The notes beneath the pieces are model-generated. The model did not search any database, had not been told where the DNA came from, and saw nothing but the letters and a program-made list of their open reading frames with translations. 64,000 nucleotides of DNA, from assembly GCF_001194135.2 (NCBI RefSeq), contig NC_068993.1, positions 23,753,006 through 23,817,005 on the forward strand, read 5' to 3'. Position numbers and translations under genes: made by a program. Below, piece after piece: positions 59,429-64,000 of the stretch. Position 1 is the stretch's first letter. Each line of letters opens with the position of its first letter. This stretch comes from Octopus bimaculoides. Its lineage: Eukaryota.

Positions 59429-62217
59429 ACTCTTGTTAAACGATGACTACAACTTTGTTTTCTAAGGAAAATGACATTAAACAGAGTTTATCAGCGTATG
59501 CAGACACAGCTTTCCTGCTTCCAATGTCCAACCAAATTGTGCAAGTATAGATTCTACAGAAGTAACTGGAGAACCAATGACGCAGACAGAGTGATCGGGA
59601 AAAAATTTCCCCGAGAAATTGAAAACCTGTTAAGAAGCGATCCCAGTAGATGGTTACTTAGTATCATTAGAGTTGTACATTCTCTCTGAAAACTCCCTAC
59701 AATTAACATATTTGAATACAATCGGCAGCTTTTAGGTCAGTATCCCAGTAGCAGCAACTGACATAATCGAAAATTATCAATTAATTCTAATTGATTAGAG
59801 CTACATCAAAGCCAGGTTGTTACCCAAACTCTGATAAAAGGCATGGGGTAGAGATTATCAGGAATAAATTTGCATGAAATCTTACATGTCTGAAAATTTC
59901 CGACTACAATACTGACGACTGGTGCCGATGGTTTTGCTAATTCTTCGACTAAAATCTTAATCTCAGCATGTACTAATCAATGCCCATCCACATCTACATA
60001 CCATCACCTATATTTTAACAGCTGTTATCAGAAGTTTTTAGTACAATGTTTCTACTGTAGTGGAGGGAGCAACCAAGTTAGTAACTGAAGGACAATACCA
60101 TTTCTAGCTCGTCATTTGGCCAAACCTTCCAAAATTCTAGTTCTTGCACATAACTATCTATCAAAAATCTATTTCTGACATGTTTTCAGGACGGACATGC
60201 ACCATCTAGGCGTATGGAATGGTTTTCGTCAGTATGTGTTTTAGATAATGCTCTATAGTTCTAACAATTTAAACGCCATCTTTCGCTTTGGAGAAATAGT
60301 TCAATCACTCCATTCTTTGCATAAAGTCTACCTCTATTAGTTGACTTCGAATTTACTCCTTGGCCCTACTTCTAATCTATTTTTCTGTATCATTATCATT
60401 AGCTCAAAGCTACGAATTCTATTCTAATCATCTCTTCAGAGGATGATTGTTTTTGAGTCTTTTAATAATAATTGGGACAGTACAGACATAATAAAATGGA
60501 TTAAAAATATATGGAAGTCGTTATATAAATGTACAAATACATACACCAGTGTAAAATGCCACAACCTAGAAAGGTTGGGTCGTTCTTTTGCGTCGACCAA
60601 ATCTAATGTTAATCATCTCATGCAAACTTGTATAATTTGCAAAATAACTCCAGTGAAATCATGGCTTGTCCTTTGCGAGCACTGTGGTGTGTGTTATTTG
60701 ACTTATAATCTCTATTTTCCTCTAAATGAACAGATTATTTTTCCTTCTTTCTTTCCTGCCATTCACTATTTCGAGTTTCCTTTGTTTAAATATACATATT
60801 TGCACATCGTACACAACAGTTCCTTCGGCGAGTATTATTAAGTTTCTTTCAACCTTCTACAGCCTTCATTTTTTCTTTTACTCTTTTCTTTATTAATCTC
60901 CCGTTGTGCACTCACATGCTCGCTACTTCCCATTTTATCTGCTACGTCACAGAAAATTTGGAATATACCTTGCTGGGACAAATCCTCTTCTGAAAGTCGT
61001 GAGCTGGATGTATACTTCAGTGTCATCTTGGTGTCTACCTCGTCGATACCTGGTAATGATTCTCCGTCTACCAATGGTGCTGCTGAAAGATAAGTAACTG
61101 CTGTGGGGTATGACCTTAATTTAAAAATGTCTTGTTCTGAACAGGTTTGCTAGTGATTACCTTTCCTCTCAATCTGATCTGAAGATTCTCAGAAAGAACT
61201 TACAGCTGGAATGCAAAAAACGCCTTCTGCCTTGCACTACATCGCTGGTTGAACTCAATAACAAAATAGTCCAAAAATATTGTTGATCTATCATCATCCA
61301 TAGATCCATTCAGGCTGCACACGATTATAAATATTTGCATGTCAAACTCGTCGTGCACTAACTCTCAATAATGTACCATAGTGTTGCTAACAAGTCACTA
61401 GTCAACATTAGTAACAATATCTCGTCAACACGGATAAAGGGCAATAGTTTCATTACAAGTTTTTCTGTAAAACTGAAACTCTTAAATTTATAAACAATAG
61501 ATATATCCAGCTTACCTTCCCACACACTCTTGGGAAATGCAACGAACAAGATACAAAATCTGTTTCAGGACAAGCTTCAGAAATATTTATTGAATGGCGA
61601 GCTACCGCATTCAAGGTACATTCTTGAATCCACTATTCTTGCCAAATATGGATTTTCTTTTTCCAAAATGCTTCCGAAAGATGATATTTATTTTGCAAAA
61701 TACTTCAAAAAGATAAAATATTTGTTTCCAAAACATTTATAACATATGAAACTGATGTTGCCAATGCGGTTCACTCACATTTTTCTTAATGAACGATTTT
61801 TGCGCAATTCATAGTTGTATGATTCATTTTGCTATTATAAACTGTTTATTTCTTCAATACACACACTGTCTATTTTTTCTTTATTATTTAGTCTCCTGTT
61901 TCAAAAAATGTTTCCGGTGATTAGTTTCTTTACATGAACTACAGCAAGCATCGCGATAACATGTTAGCCTATCTGTATACAATTTGCAATACAAACACCG
62001 ATGTCAAAAATACCTAGACAGGTAAAACCTAAGGATGAACATTTCTTCTACCACAATTAATGAGATTGATATCCAAACATTCTGCAAACCTATAGCCAAT
62101 AAAAACAGGAACCAACATTTTTTTACCCTCGAGTGATCTGTTAATTAAGTACATTGTTCGTGGGGTTCTTACTTAAAGATTCATTAATTCTAATTGTGTT
62201 GATAATGATGATGAGAT

Positions 62218-62323
62218 TAATAATGATAATAATAATAATAACAACAACAACAACAACAACAACAACAATAATAATAATAATAATAATGATAATAATAATA
62301 ATAATTATTATTATTATTATTAT
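62218..62323. repeat. Compound (AAT)n(AAC)n(AAT)n(ATT)n microsatellite
   Basis: Direct reading. Confidence 0.95.
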
Positions 62324-62921
62324 AAATGCCCAGACGCATAATAATAAATGCCCGGATGTAGTACGAGGCAGTGGCTCTCATGGCTTCTGATCTTAATTGA
62401 TTGGAAGTGTTATCATGTACATTTTTTTGTCTTGGTATAAAAGATGGGCTACAGCAAATATTCTGCTTAACATCACAGATTTGCTTGTCAGTTGTTTGAC
62501 CTTAAACAGTTGAGCATGTCCCTTGGTGGCTGACGATATGAGCATCTCTTATCACGAGCAGAAGTAGTGGGGGAGCATCGTAGCCATATGTTGAGAGGAA
62601 TTCTTTGGGGTTTGAATAATTCACCTTTGGAAACATGGGTGTTTTGCTCAAAATCCTTAAACAAACATTATTCAGGGACCCTTTGAGCGGGATGGGCTAC
62701 TCGACCTGAAGAAAATTCTAACTGGGTCCCACGTGCAAGGTCATGCGCTGTATATCTTGATATGAGATTACCCTGTCGCGCAAATTTTGTTGTGATGCAT
62801 GCGCCTGGTGTACTCTTATCAGACGGGTAGTCATGGTGGGTATACTGGGCTTCGTATATCTTACCACAGTGTAACTTTGATGGCATGCACTGCTCTCTCA
62901 CTCAGTAATAATAATAATAAT
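62324..62921 (+). repeat. Unclassified non-coding interspersed repeat of about 600 bp ending in an (AAT)n tail
   Basis: Higher GC than its flanks, no convincing ORF, bounded by AAT microsatellites. It resembles an abundant octopus repeat from my memory; this is not verified here. Confidence 0.55.
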
Positions 62922-63054
62922 TACACAATCCATCCGACAATAGAATCAATTTGTGATATTTTCACAACAGGCTGCTACCCGCTCTTACAGAATAAATACG
63001 AGCAAGTAAGATCGAAAGCTACGAGAAGTAAAATGTGAATAATAATAATAATGA

Positions 63055-63157
63055 GAAGAGGAAGAAGAAGAAGAAGAAGAAGAAGAAGAAGAAGAAGAAG
63101 AAGAAGAAGAAGAAGAAGAAGAAGAAGAAGAAGAAGAAGAAGAAGAAGAAGAAGAAG

Positions 63158-63187
<30 letters not shown>
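63055..63187. repeat. (GAA)n microsatellite
   Basis: Direct reading. Confidence 0.98.
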
Positions 63188-63188
<1 letters not shown>

Positions 63189-63508
63189 GCTAAGCATTTT
63201 ATCCGACGAGGAGCCTGTTAATTTAAACAGAATATACTGCAAAAAATGGTTTTATTGTACGTAGGGATATGTACAAATACTTAATTATGAAAAGACTAGC
63301 ACATGGGAAAAATCATACCCTATCGATGAGGTTTTATAATGACCATTGTCTATTGTCACAAAAATGTAAAAGCATGATGGGGTAAAAGAAGATTTGATGG
63401 GTTTAAATAGATATAATAAATTAGATAAACCCTACCCACATAAAAAAACACACGGTCACCCGCACAAACATACACAAGTAGTATTGCTTCTATCGTTTTT
63501 AATGATAC

Positions 63509-63722
63509 AGCGGCGAGCTGGCAGAATCGATTGCACGCCGGGCAAAATGCTTAGCAGCATTTCATCCGTCTTTAAGTTCTGAGTTCAAATTCCGTCGACT
63601 TTGCTTTCATCATTTCGTGGTCGATAAATTGAGTACCAGTCACGCACTGGGGTCGGTGTAATTGACTAGTTCTCTCCCCACCCAAATTTCAGGTCCTGTG
63701 CCCTTTGAAGAAAGGACTATTA
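63509..63722 (+). mobile_element. SINE family A, near complete (tRNA-derived, octopus OK/OR-like)
   Basis: A-box-like GGCGAGCTGGCAGAATCG, B-box-like GAGTTCAAATTCC, central GGTCGATAAATTGAGTACCAG, and tail TGTGCCCTTTGAAGAAAGG. At least five copies occur in the window. Confidence 0.85.
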
Positions 63723-64000
63723 ACTAATGAAGCACAAATATTATGTCACACTATAAACGATTTTGTTAAAATTTTGCAAATTACGTAGGCCATAAATATG
63801 TCTTGCTTTTTTATTTTTGTTGTTCCTACAGATTAGGTAGACATGTGTCCACGTTTATACTCTTATCTAGAGACATTACCCTTGTCCTTCTAATGCATGC
63901 CAAATTCACGGATTGCTGATATGGATCTGGTGTTAGTATTTCACCTAGACGCAGTAATAATCTTCATAAAATAAGAATTTAAGTTGTATGCGATTTGATA

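Noticed and set aside
60940-60975. QIFCD match to AAK1/BMP2K-type kinases within the candidate exon
   Set aside because: Five residues only; surrounding sequence lacks kinase motifs.
63509-63600. tRNA gene call for SINE heads
   Set aside because: A/B-box-like motifs continue into shared SINE body sequence and no cloverleaf is evident.

Overview
This is an AT-rich, microsatellite-dense animal scaffold, not prokaryotic or viral. Assembly gaps lie at 11407-11582, 13091-13206, 17369-18088, 21955-22319, 27113-27864, 31199-31911, 32794-32828, 38050-38149, 43368-43787 and 56260-56269. The SINE and interspersed-repeat families look like ones I recall from Octopus genomes; this is an inference that a BLAST would settle. 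I find no intact host gene, rRNA, tRNA gene or CRISPR array, and almost all long ORFs in the supplied track are artefacts of N-runs or microsatellites. The window is mostly decayed transposable elements: three mariners, a DD37D maT, a Tc1, a POGK-like pogo, a possible piggyBac, a Helitron 3' end, a Penelope element (RT plus GIY-YIG), RTE LINEs (one near full length), CR1-group, R4/Dong-like and Tx1-like LINE fragments, and three tRNA-derived SINE families. Three observations stand out. (1) A type I hammerhead ribozyme fold with a long extended stem I sits inside a 234-bp unit bounded by direct repeats at 18.8-19.0 kb, like a retrozyme; further decayed hammerhead-like motifs lie at 12.0 and 21.6 kb. 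(2) An RTE LINE has a 5' inversion and a perfect 12-bp target-site duplication, the twin-priming signature. (3) A Tc1 relic carries a multi-template-switch repair scar: two fold-backs bracketing a Helitron segment copied from about 630 bp away. All translations and pairings were done by eye and should be verified computationally.
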